Part shown: positions 24,634-32,000 of the stretch, piece after piece
Layout: each line of letters begins with the position of its first letter
Numbering within the stretch: the stretch's first letter is position 1
Position numbers and translations under genes: made by a program
The notes under the pieces: model-generated
Told to the model about the DNA's origin: nothing
What the model saw: only the letters and a program-made list of their open reading frames with translations
Database searches by the model: none
Assembly (NCBI GenBank): GCA_028279805.1
Contig: JANQMZ010000007.1
Span: forward strand, 810,001-842,000
Length of the DNA stretch: 32,000 nucleotides
Origin: an archaeon
GTDB lineage: Archaea; Iainarchaeota; Iainarchaeia; Iainarchaeales; JANQMZ01
Direction: 5' to 3'

Positions 24634-27489
24634 ATGAGCAAAGGTTTGGAACAGTATTCTCATGAAAAAGAAAAAGAAATAATTCAATTATGGGAAAAAG
24701 AAAAAATCCGTGAAAAATTTTTAAAATTGAATAAAAATTCAAAAAAAACTTTTTACATGATGGACGGCCCGCCATATGCAACAGGCAGCATTCACATGGG
24801 AACAGCTTTAAACAAAATTTTAAAAGACATATCAATCCGTTCACAAAACATGCAGGGCTTAAACGTTTTTGCCCGTCCCGGATATGACACGCATGGCTTG
24901 CCAATTGAACATAAAGTGGAAAAACAACTTGGTTTTAAAACAAAAGAAGAAATTGAAGCTTATGGAATTGAAAAGTTTGTAAAAGAATGCAAAAATTTTG
25001 CAACAAAATTTATTGACACAATGAATTCAGAATTCAATGATTTGGGTTCATGGTTTGACTGGGACAATCCATACATTACACTGGAAAATGAATACATTGA
25101 ATCTTTATGGTGGACTTTTAAAAAAGCTGAAGAAAAAAATTTGCTTTTTTTAGGCAATTATTCGGTTCATGTTTGTCCAAGATGTGTTACAGCTGTTGCT
25201 TATAATGAAATTGAATATTCAAAACAAACAGATGAATCAGTTTTTGTAAAATTTCCGGTTAAAAATCTGGAAAACACGTTTTTGATTATCTGGACGACAA
25301 CTCCCTGGACTTTGCCGGGAAACACGGGAGTAATGGTTCACCCGAAATATGATTATTCTTTTGTAAAACTGAGTTCCGGTGAAACATTAATTATTGCATC
25401 TGAACTGGCTGAAAAATTAATGAATGCATTGGAAGCCGGTTTTAAAATTGAAAAAACTGTTAAAGGAAAAGAACTGGAAGGAATGCAGTATGAAAATCCT
25501 TTAACAAAACATATGCAATTGCCAAAACTTGAAAATGCTTACCGAGTAATTTTATCAGAACGTTATGTTAATTTGGATGAAGGCTCGGGATTGGTTCACA
25601 CAGCCCCTGGACATGGAAAAGAAGACTGGGAAGCCGGAACAAAAAACAATTTGCCAATAATTGTTCCCGTTGAAATGAACGGCTCATTAAAAAAAGAAAC
25701 AGGAAAATATGCAGGCAAAAAAGCACGCATTGTTGATAAAGAAATTATAAAAGACCTGGAAGAATCCGGAAACTTGTTGTACAAGCATCCTTACACTCAT
25801 GATTATCCTTTGTGCTGGCGTTGTGATTCTCCTTTGATTATGCTGGCAACTCCTCAATGGTTTTTGAAAGTTTCAGATTTAAGACAAAAACTGTTAAAAG
25901 AAAATGAAAAGACTAACTGGACTCCAAAATGGATGAAAGACAGAATGAAAAACTGGATTGAATCATTGTCAGACTGGCCAATTTCCAGGAACAGGTATTG
26001 GGGAACTCCTTTGCCAATATGGTTATGTGATTCCTGCAATCACAGGCTTGTTATTGGTTCAATTCAGGATTTGCCAAAACATGCTAAAATTCCAAAAAAT
26101 TTAGATTTGCACAAGCCTTACATTGATGAAATCAAGTTTCCATGCAAAAAATGCAACGAAAAAGGCACAATGACACGAGTTCCGGAGGTTTTGGATGTTT
26201 GGTTTGATTCAAGTGCAACATCTTGGGCTGCTTTAAATTATCCGAAAAAACAGGAATTGTTTGAAAAATTCTGGCCGGCCAATCTGAATATTGAGGGAAC
26301 TGACCAGATTCGCGGATGGTGGAATTCCCAGTTAATTGCTTCAATTATTTGTTTTGATAAAGCTCCTTTTGAAAACATTTCAACTCATGGAATGGTGTTA
26401 GATTTGTCAAAAATTAAAATGAGCAAATCAAAAGGAAACATTGTAACTCCAAAAGAGGTAATTGAAAAATATAACAGGGATTATTTGAGATTTTATTTGG
26501 CAAAAATTTCAAAAGGTTCTGACATGAAATTTTCCTGGGATGATTTAAAGGATATTCACAGGTTTTTTAACATTTTATTTAACACGGTTAATTTTGTTTC
26601 ATTATACTTGGATGTAAAGTTAAATGATGGAAAAATAAAAGAAAAGCTTGAACCGGAAGATTTGTGGATTTTAAGCAAAACCAATTCTTTAACCGAACAG
26701 GTTACAAATGCTTACAATTCTTTTACTTTTTATAATGCGGTTAATGCATTGGAACAATTTATAATGGAAGATTTAAGCAGAACTTACATTAAATTAATCC
26801 GGCCAAGAATAAATTCGGACTCGCATGAAGCAGCTTCACAAACTTTGGGTTATTGCATTAACGTTGTTTTAAAATTGCTGGCGCCAATTGCTCCGCATGC
26901 TTCAGAGTTTGTGTTTAAAAATTTTTCAAATGAAAGCATTCATTTACAACATTTTGCAGAATTAAACAAAAAGTTTTCAGATAAAAAAATTGAACATGAA
27001 ATGGATTTGGTTAAAGACTTATCTCAAACAGTTTTAAGTTTGCGTTCTGAAAACAATTTAAGGTTAAGATGGTTATTGGAATCTGTTGCTGTTCAAAACA
27101 TTTCCTTGCCAAAACTAAAAAATGTTCTGGCAAAAATGTGCAATGTTAGAAAAGTAACTGAAACAAAATCAAAATTAAAAGGAAAATTTGCACAAAAAGA
27201 ATTCAATAAGGGAATTGTTTATCTGAATCTGGACACTCCCGATGAATTAAAAGAAGAATGGGAATTCAGAGAATTGGTCAGACTGGTGCAAGATTCAAGA
27301 AAAAAATCAGGCTTAAATCCGAATGACATCGTTGAGTTAAATTTGGGTTCATCTGATGTTAATTTTTTGAAAAAATTTTCAAAAGAACTGGAAAAAGAAA
27401 CCAATACTAAAATAATTCAAGTTTCAGAAAAAGGGGAAAAATTGCTTGAAAAACAATTTTTTGTACAAATCGGAAAAAAAGTTAACTGA
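24634..27489 (+). CDS. ileS: Isoleucine--tRNA ligase
   Basis: The sequence has GPPYATGSIHMGTALNK (HIGH region), WTTTPWTLPGN (editing-domain signature of IleRS) and KMSKSKGN. I prefer the ATG at 24634 over the TTG at 24628. A TATA-like ATTTAAATAA at 24603-24612 lies 22-31 nt upstream, suggesting a nearly leaderless mRNA. Confidence 0.95.
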   Translation: MSKGLEQYSHEKEKEIIQLWEKEKIREKFLKLNKNSKKTFYMMDGPPYATGSIHMGTALNKILKDISIRSQNMQGLNVFARPGYDTHGLPIEHKVEKQLGFKTKEEIEAYGIEKFVKECKNFATKFIDTMNSEFNDLGSWFDWDNPYITLENEYIESLWWTFKKAEEKNLLFLGNYSVHVCPRCVTAVAYNEIEYSKQTDESVFVKFPVKNLENTFLIIWTTTPWTLPGNTGVMVHPKYDYSFVKLSSGETLIIASELAEKLMNALEAGFKIEKTVKGKELEGMQYENPLTKHMQLPKLENAYRVILSERYVNLDEGSGLVHTAPGHGKEDWEAGTKNNLPIIVPVEMNGSLKKETGKYAGKKARIVDKEIIKDLEESGNLLYKHPYTHDYPLCWRCDSPLIMLATPQWFLKVSDLRQKLLKENEKTNWTPKWMKDRMKNWIESLSDWPISRNRYWGTPLPIWLCDSCNHRLVIGSIQDLPKHAKIPKNLDLHKPYIDEIKFPCKKCNEKGTMTRVPEVLDVWFDSSATSWAALNYPKKQELFEKFWPANLNIEGTDQIRGWWNSQLIASIICFDKAPFENISTHGMVLDLSKIKMSKSKGNIVTPKEVIEKYNRDYLRFYLAKISKGSDMKFSWDDLKDIHRFFNILFNTVNFVSLYLDVKLNDGKIKEKLEPEDLWILSKTNSLTEQVTNAYNSFTFYNAVNALEQFIMEDLSRTYIKLIRPRINSDSHEAASQTLGYCINVVLKLLAPIAPHASEFVFKNFSNESIHLQHFAELNKKFSDKKIEHEMDLVKDLSQTVLSLRSENNLRLRWLLESVAVQNISLPKLKNVLAKMCNVRKVTETKSKLKGKFAQKEFNKGIVYLNLDTPDELKEEWEFRELVRLVQDSRKKSGLNPNDIVELNLGSSDVNFLKKFSKELEKETNTKIIQVSEKGEKLLEKQFFVQIGKKVN

Positions 27490-27649
27490 TTGCCTGCAAA
27501 ACAAGTATAACTATTATTATGACAAGAGACAATGCAATCACAAATTCCGGTGTGATTTTTGGCCCTGAAGCATCAGAGTCAGAAAATCTCATTAAACCAA
27601 GTGTGCTGCTTGGCTGTGAAACATTTTTGCTTTTTCTAAGTTTAACCAT
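27482..27649 (-). CDS. secG: Preprotein translocase subunit Sec61-beta (archaeal SecG)
   Basis: At 55 aa it is below the track cutoff. My translation is MVKLRKSKNVSQPSSTLGLMRFSDSDASGPKITPEFVIALSLVIIIVILVLQAIS. It shows the GL.RF...(D/E)...GPKI.PE.V motif followed by a single C-terminal TM helix. It overlaps the ileS 3' end by 8 nt in convergent orientation. Confidence 0.7.
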   Translation of the reverse strand: MVKLRKSKNVSQPSSTLGLMRFSDSDASGPKITPEFVIALSLVIIIVILVLQAIS

Positions 27650-27723
27650 TTTTTCAGCCTAAGTAAAGTATATATAATAAGTCTGGGTTAAACCTTATAT
27701 ATTATACTGATGAGCATGATTTT

Positions 27724-28698
27724 ATGGCTGAACTGTCAGGAGATATAGTTAAAACTTTTTCAAAAATTTTAATTGTTTTAGTTTTAATCGGAGTTTTGTT
27801 ATACATTTTAACTTTTACCGGGACAATCAAATGCAAAACGGTTCCGGGATGGTGTAATATTTATTATTCAGTCAAAGGAAAGCCAACAGTTGCAATTGTT
27901 CACGGAGACAATGGTTTGGGTGACCCGTTTTTGTTACAGCAGTTACTTCAAAACCCTGAGCACGCAGGAATAAGTGCAAGAACAATTCCAATTGAAACAA
28001 TTAGCCTGGGAAACTTAAAAGATTATGAACTTGTTATTGTTGACAGAGCCAGAAAAATGTCTGCAGAACAAATGAAAATGTTCATAGATTATGCAAATTC
28101 AGGCGGAAATCTGGTCTGGACCGGAGACGCTGGGGCAGAACTGGAAAATGAAGAAAACTATTTGTATGAAGATGAAAGATTTGACGGAAACCAGCAACAT
28201 GTAATCATTGGGCCCTGGTCAAGAAAATTTAACAACAAAATGGTTTTGCTTGACAAAACCTTGTCAGTTCAGTTTAAGGAAAATTATTGCAATATCGGGA
28301 ATCAGTCAGCATGCCTTGAAGAACAGGAAAATTGTGCCGGCAAACTGATAACAGTTGACAGTGACCATCCTTTAACAAGAGCTTTAAGGCCTGAATTAAC
28401 TTTGTGTTTTTATGGAAAAAATGGTCCAGCCTTAGTTGAACCGACAAACACCGGTTTAAGCAAAACACTTTTATCTGTTGATTTCGGTTCAAATGTAAAT
28501 GTTGACGGTGAAAATATTGGAAGAACCTTGCCTGTAATCATTTCATCATCAGAATTAAGCTTTTTGGGATTGAATGTGGGAGAAAATGTTTTCTATTATG
28601 CAATTCCTCCCGAATTGTTATCCGATTCAAGATTGTCAGATGAACACAGGTATGACTCAATTTTGGGCAATTTATATTTCGGCATTTTGTTCGGTTAA
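27724..28698 (+). CDS. Membrane-anchored extracytoplasmic protein, paralog 1 (possible ThuA/class-I-glutamine-amidotransferase-like fold)
   Basis: An N-terminal TM helix (ILIVLVLIGVLLYILTF) is followed by VAIVHGDNG...YELVIVDRA...FIDYANSGGNLVWTGDAG...DSDHPLTRAL. The ORF has several Cys residues. It shares this layout with the downstream ORF. Confidence 0.5.
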   Translation: MAELSGDIVKTFSKILIVLVLIGVLLYILTFTGTIKCKTVPGWCNIYYSVKGKPTVAIVHGDNGLGDPFLLQQLLQNPEHAGISARTIPIETISLGNLKDYELVIVDRARKMSAEQMKMFIDYANSGGNLVWTGDAGAELENEENYLYEDERFDGNQQHVIIGPWSRKFNNKMVLLDKTLSVQFKENYCNIGNQSACLEEQENCAGKLITVDSDHPLTRALRPELTLCFYGKNGPALVEPTNTGLSKTLLSVDFGSNVNVDGENIGRTLPVIISSSELSFLGLNVGENVFYYAIPPELLSDSRLSDEHRYDSILGNLYFGILFG

Positions 28699-28838
28699 AA
28701 CGCCAAAAAAGCATCAAAACATTTATAAACAACCATTTCTATTAGATTTACAATTTGTGCTGACAGCAAAAGTTATTTAAACACTGGACGCATAAATAGT
28801 ATTAACATATTCATTGAAAATAGTGAGGTTTGATAATA

Positions 28839-29672
28839 ATGGCTTATCCTGAAGATGATGGGGGCGACGTTGGAATGGCACCTAGCTTGGGCGGCGGAAG
28901 CCTGACAAGCAAATTAAAAAATTTTGAAGGTTTGATTCCTTTAATTTTAATCGGACTTATTGTTGTAGTCGGAGCCAGCATGCTTGGCTTTGTTGATCTT
29001 CCTTTTATTTCAAAACAGGGACCGGTTAACATGCTTGTAATTGGCTCACCTTCAATTCAAACACAGGAAATTTTAGATGAGGATAGGGACTTAGTTGTTT
29101 ACACCATAAGACCTGCCCAGTCTTTAACTGCAAATCCTGGAGAAGCTTTAGGAGAATATGATGTTGTAATGCTTGACCAGTCAGCACAATTTGACAAAAC
29201 AATTCCAAGAGTTTTAGGTGAAGCTTTGCAGAATTATGTTACAAAAGGCGGAAAATTAATTGTTGTTGCAAACAGTGGAATTGCAAGAGTTGGCGCTCCG
29301 GACGTAATCGGCTGGAAAGCAAGCCTTGGAGATGTTGTGCCGGTTGAATGTACAAGATTACCAAACGGAACTCCAAGCTGCCAGCAAAGCGTTTTTGTAA
29401 GAGGAGAAATCTGGAGACAGGATTTTGACCATCCAATAATGCGGGGAATTGAACTTGTACCTGCATTACCGGAATTGCCTCTTTTGGAACTTGAAACATT
29501 TGAAGTCAGTGAAACAGGAAACACAGTTGCATTCATTAAAAGCGCTGATACTCCTCAGTGGTATCCTGCTATAGTTGAAAAAAGACTTGTTTTAGGAAAA
29601 AGTGTTTATTTCAATTATAATCCTGGATTGACAAGAGGAATATTTGAAGCAACACTGGCTTATTTGAGGTAA
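28839..29672 (+). CDS. Membrane-anchored extracytoplasmic protein, paralog 2
   Basis: The ATG at 28839 is preceded by GTGAGGT. A TM helix (LIPLILIGLIVVVGASMLGF) is followed by MLVIGSPS...YDVVMLDQS...LQNYVTKGGKLIVVANSG...FDHPIMRGI. This is the same block order as 27724-28698. Confidence 0.5.
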   Translation: MAYPEDDGGDVGMAPSLGGGSLTSKLKNFEGLIPLILIGLIVVVGASMLGFVDLPFISKQGPVNMLVIGSPSIQTQEILDEDRDLVVYTIRPAQSLTANPGEALGEYDVVMLDQSAQFDKTIPRVLGEALQNYVTKGGKLIVVANSGIARVGAPDVIGWKASLGDVVPVECTRLPNGTPSCQQSVFVRGEIWRQDFDHPIMRGIELVPALPELPLLELETFEVSETGNTVAFIKSADTPQWYPAIVEKRLVLGKSVYFNYNPGLTRGIFEATLAYLR

Positions 29673-29702
29673 AATTTACCTCAACCTTTTTCTTTTTTTT
29701 CC
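29664..29702 (+). terminator. Hairpin plus T-rich tract at the stop codon of the upstream gene
   Basis: TTGAGGTAAA-A-TTTACCTCAA (29664-29684) is a 10-bp inverted repeat that contains the TAA stop. It is followed by CCTTTTTCTTTTTTTT. Confidence 0.5.
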
Positions 29703-29789
29703 AATTTTTCAACATTTTTAATACTTTTGCAGCAGACTATTATTAATTAGCACAATAATTTGCAAAAAACTACTTTGGAGGTAACAATC

Positions 29790-30197
29790 ATGACTGAAAA
29801 AACAAAAACCAATGAAAACGACCCAAAAGCTGAAGCAAAAGAGACTCCTGTTGAAAAACCAGAAGCAAAGAAAACAGATGCTTCAAAGCCTGAAGCAAAA
29901 CCGGCTTTAAAGCAAAAAGCCCAGCTTGGTGCTGATAACACTGTTTTTGTAGGAAAAAAAGGAACAATGGCTTATGTTTTGGCTGTTGTTACACAATTTA
30001 ATGGCGGAGCAAAAGAAGTTACAGTAAAAGCACGTGGAAGAGCTATCAGCAGAGCAGTGGATGTTGCTGAAATAGTCAAACACAGATTTGTTTCAGAGGT
30101 TAAAATTGGCGATATTTCAACAACAACTGAAGAAGTAACGTCTTCTGACGGCAAAACATTAAAAGTTTCAGCAATAGAAATCAAGCTAAACAAGTAA
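29790..30197 (+). CDS. albA: Alba (Sac10b family) DNA/RNA-binding protein with a Lys/Glu/Pro/Ala-rich N-terminal extension
   Basis: The core [51 protein letters not shown] is a clear Alba signature. The ATG at 29790 has GGAGGT 8 nt upstream. The first 45 aa or so are low-complexity ([33 protein letters not shown]). Confidence 0.85.
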   Translation: MTEKTKTNENDPKAEAKETPVEKPEAKKTDASKPEAKPALKQKAQLGADNTVFVGKKGTMAYVLAVVTQFNGGAKEVTVKARGRAISRAVDVAEIVKHRFVSEVKIGDISTTTEEVTSSDGKTLKVSAIEIKLNK

Positions 30198-30344
30198 ACG
30201 CTTGATTTTATTGTTTCTTTTTTTTATTTTTAAGCGGTTTTTACCAAAAGCGTTTTAAAAGCAAGGGTTTATTATGAATAAGTTAGGTTTTCAAAACCTG
30301 GCTTAAAAAGCTGTTTTTTGTTCAAAATACGAAAAGTTTTTAAA

Positions 30345-30366
30345 TATCATGATACTATCATGATAC
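30345..30366. promoter_or_regulatory. Tandem palindromic operator candidate overlapping the core promoter of the wHTH gene
   Basis: Two adjacent copies of the 11-nt unit TATCATGATAC occur at 30345-30355 and 30356-30366. Each contains the perfect 10-bp palindrome TATCATGATA. A partial third copy, ATCATG, includes the start codon at 30370. A TATA-like TTTTTAAATA (30337-30346) lies immediately upstream. Confidence 0.45.
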
Positions 30367-30369
30367 ATC

Positions 30370-30840
30370 ATGTCTGACTTTGATTCTAATAAAAATTCCA
30401 AAAATGAAATTAAAGACATTATTGAAAAAATTTCACCAGATTTTAAAGAAACTTCAGCGGACTTTGAGGACATTGCAAAATATTCTTCTGATCCAATGGT
30501 TTTGTCTGCACTGGTTTTTAAGTTAGCGCAGGAGAAGGAAAAAACAAATAAAATGCTTAACCAGATTCATGACAAGTTTGACAAAATTTTGTTTGAATTA
30601 AAAAAATCTGAAACTGACACTTCTATCCCAACCACCACCTTTAGTGTTCTGCCGGAGCAGGACCAAAAGATCCTTGACCTTATCGAAACAAAAGGTATGG
30701 CCGAGGCAAGAGACGTTATGCAGATACTTGAATATTCAGGATTGAATGCTGCGTCTCAACGCTTAAACAAACTTTACAAGGAGGGGCATTTGAAAAAAAT
30801 AAGATCCGGTAAAAAAGTCTTATATCTTGCAAAGAATTAA
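30370..30840 (+). CDS. Winged-helix transcriptional regulator (MarR/TrmB-like C-terminal wHTH)
   Basis: The C-terminus of this 156-aa ORF, QKILDLIETKGMAEARDVMQILEYSGLNAASQRLNKLYKEGHLKKIRSGKKVLYLAK, is a typical wHTH (helix-turn-helix plus beta wing). The N-terminal half is charged and helical. Confidence 0.6.
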   Translation: MSDFDSNKNSKNEIKDIIEKISPDFKETSADFEDIAKYSSDPMVLSALVFKLAQEKEKTNKMLNQIHDKFDKILFELKKSETDTSIPTTTFSVLPEQDQKILDLIETKGMAEARDVMQILEYSGLNAASQRLNKLYKEGHLKKIRSGKKVLYLAKN

Positions 30841-30972
30841 AACCCTTTGCTCTCACACACAAGAGCGTTAAGTGCTGACCCAACCACCAACCTTTTCACC
30901 ACTTAATCGCTCGCCTCCTTTTAACCGGATTTTTTTTTGAATGCTCCTCCCTCCTTTGCCCTGTTTTTTTAA

Positions 30973-31941
30973 TCAGTTCAAAGAGCTTATTGCAATTTTT
31001 TGTTTTGAATTTTTTCTGATTTGAGTTAAAATTGCAAGCATGTTCCATTCTGTTAAAAGTTTTGACCTTGTTTTTATAACAGTTTTATTTTCATAATCGG
31101 TTTTTTCTAAAACATTTATTCCAAAAAAGTTTTCAGTCAAAAAATTTGATTCATTTTTGTTTTCAAGCCAGTGTACTACAAAGCCTTTGTTTTTTTCACT
31201 TGGAACAACGATTTCAACATACAAATAGGTTTGAGGTTTTAATTCAAGCTTTAATTTTTCTTCAAGTTCGTTTGTTCTGAATTCTTTTCCGGGAACAATT
31301 CTGTAATAAGCCAGCCATTCAAGTTTGTAAGATTCTTTTATTTCACCAAACTCTGAAACAATTGAATCAATTTTTTTCTTTTCAGCATTTTTTGGCAAGC
31401 CGTAAATGAATAAACCGTTTCCTTCTCCGTCCAAAGGATTTTTTGTAAACTCTTTTGAAAAATTAAAAACAGGGGTGCCAAAACCAAAGTTAAAAATTGT
31501 TCCGAAAAAAGCAGGCAAAAACAGTAAAAAAAGCAAACCAGCAGCCAAATTAAAAGGCTTTTTTACATTTTTTGTTCCTTGTTTCCATAAAAAATATCCA
31601 AGCCCTGTAACCATAATCAAAGGAATTGTAAAATTGTCAGAGAGCGAAAAAACATTATACAAAGGACCCAGAGCAAGGGGAATAACTCCGATAAAAAGCA
31701 TGGGGCTAAAATCTTTCAGTGTTTTGTTGCTTGTTTGTAAAAAATTTTTAGAAAAATAAATAGCCAAAAATAGTGCGGTTACAAGAAAAACAGTTGAACC
31801 TGCTCCCCCGTCAATTATTACTCCGGCAAGCCCGAACATTCCGATGTTAAAAACAAAAAAATCAAACAATTCAATTTTTTTAAGCATTGAATTAATATGA
31901 ATTAATCCAAAAACAATTACAAGCACAACAATAACAAGCAA
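30973..31941 (-). CDS. Polytopic membrane protein with C-terminal soluble domain, function unknown; possibly truncated by the window edge
   Basis: The ORF has several predicted TM helices in the N-terminal two thirds and a soluble tail of about 150 aa. The track start is a TTG. The reading frame stays open upstream to the window end (...DSGQPLYEIQQNPEIWAII-LLVIVV), so the real start may lie beyond 32000. Confidence 0.45.
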   Translation of the reverse strand: MLVIVVLVIVFGLIHINSMLKKIELFDFFVFNIGMFGLAGVIIDGGAGSTVFLVTALFLAIYFSKNFLQTSNKTLKDFSPMLFIGVIPLALGPLYNVFSLSDNFTIPLIMVTGLGYFLWKQGTKNVKKPFNLAAGLLFLLFLPAFFGTIFNFGFGTPVFNFSKEFTKNPLDGEGNGLFIYGLPKNAEKKKIDSIVSEFGEIKESYKLEWLAYYRIVPGKEFRTNELEEKLKLELKPQTYLYVEIVVPSEKNKGFVVHWLENKNESNFLTENFFGINVLEKTDYENKTVIKTRSKLLTEWNMLAILTQIRKNSKQKIAISSLN

Positions 31942-32000
31942 AATTATCGCCCAAATTTCCGGGTTTTGTTGTATTTCATAAAGCGGTTGGCCTGAATCAA

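Noticed and set aside
27700-27745. CUGAUGA followed by CUGA near 27709-27735 (possible C/D sRNA).
   Set aside because: Only one C-like and one D-like box are present, there is no terminal stem, and the segment overlaps the start codon of the 27724 gene. This is probably coincidence.
30838-30903. A 21-aa minus-strand mini-ORF, (GTG)VKRLVVGSALNALVCESKGF, downstream of an AGGAGG in the C-rich spacer.
   Set aside because: It has a non-ATG start 11 nt from the Shine-Dalgarno-like motif, no recognisable family, and is very short. There is not enough support to call a gene.
1-32000. Looked for CRISPR arrays, rRNA genes, transposases, integrases and long direct or inverted repeats.
   Set aside because: I saw no regularly spaced repeats, no rRNA-like GC-rich blocks of sufficient length, and no ORF with recombinase or transposase motifs.

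Overview
The window is an AT-rich archaeal chromosome segment. Thermosome, archaeal-type TrpRS and IleRS, tRNA-splicing endonuclease, Sec61-beta, Alba and histone-fold proteins, together with short genes and low GC, fit a small-genome DPANN-like archaeon. This placement is inferred from gene content only. Most of the window is housekeeping. It holds a glmS-glmM-acetyltransferase cluster, a large HerA/FtsK-like ATPase, trpS, endA, and a five-gene 2-oxoacid-elongation operon (leu-type or homocitrate/lysine-type) with RAM-domain regulators. It also holds a thermosome gene, a tRNA-Ile(UAU) directly upstream of ileS, two paralogous membrane-anchored proteins, Alba, and a wHTH regulator with a tandem palindromic operator. 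The stand-out is a translationally coupled five-gene minus-strand operon at 15383-20365, inserted between a histone-fold gene and a kinase/thermosome pair. In transcription order it encodes a ParB-like protein, a small PD-(D/E)xK-like nuclease, an SNF2 helicase, a second ParB-like paralog and a DNA methyltransferase. It has the logic of a restriction-modification, DISARM or BREX-type defence locus (self-marking enzyme, ATP motor, nuclease). Its composition matches no architecture I know, so I flag it as a candidate undescribed defence system. Several small genes and RNAs are absent from the ORF track: an alpha3-truncated histone-fold protein, Sec61-beta, a Trm112-like protein, the tRNA, and a possible C/D-box sRNA. 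No CRISPR array, rRNA, transposase or integrase was seen.
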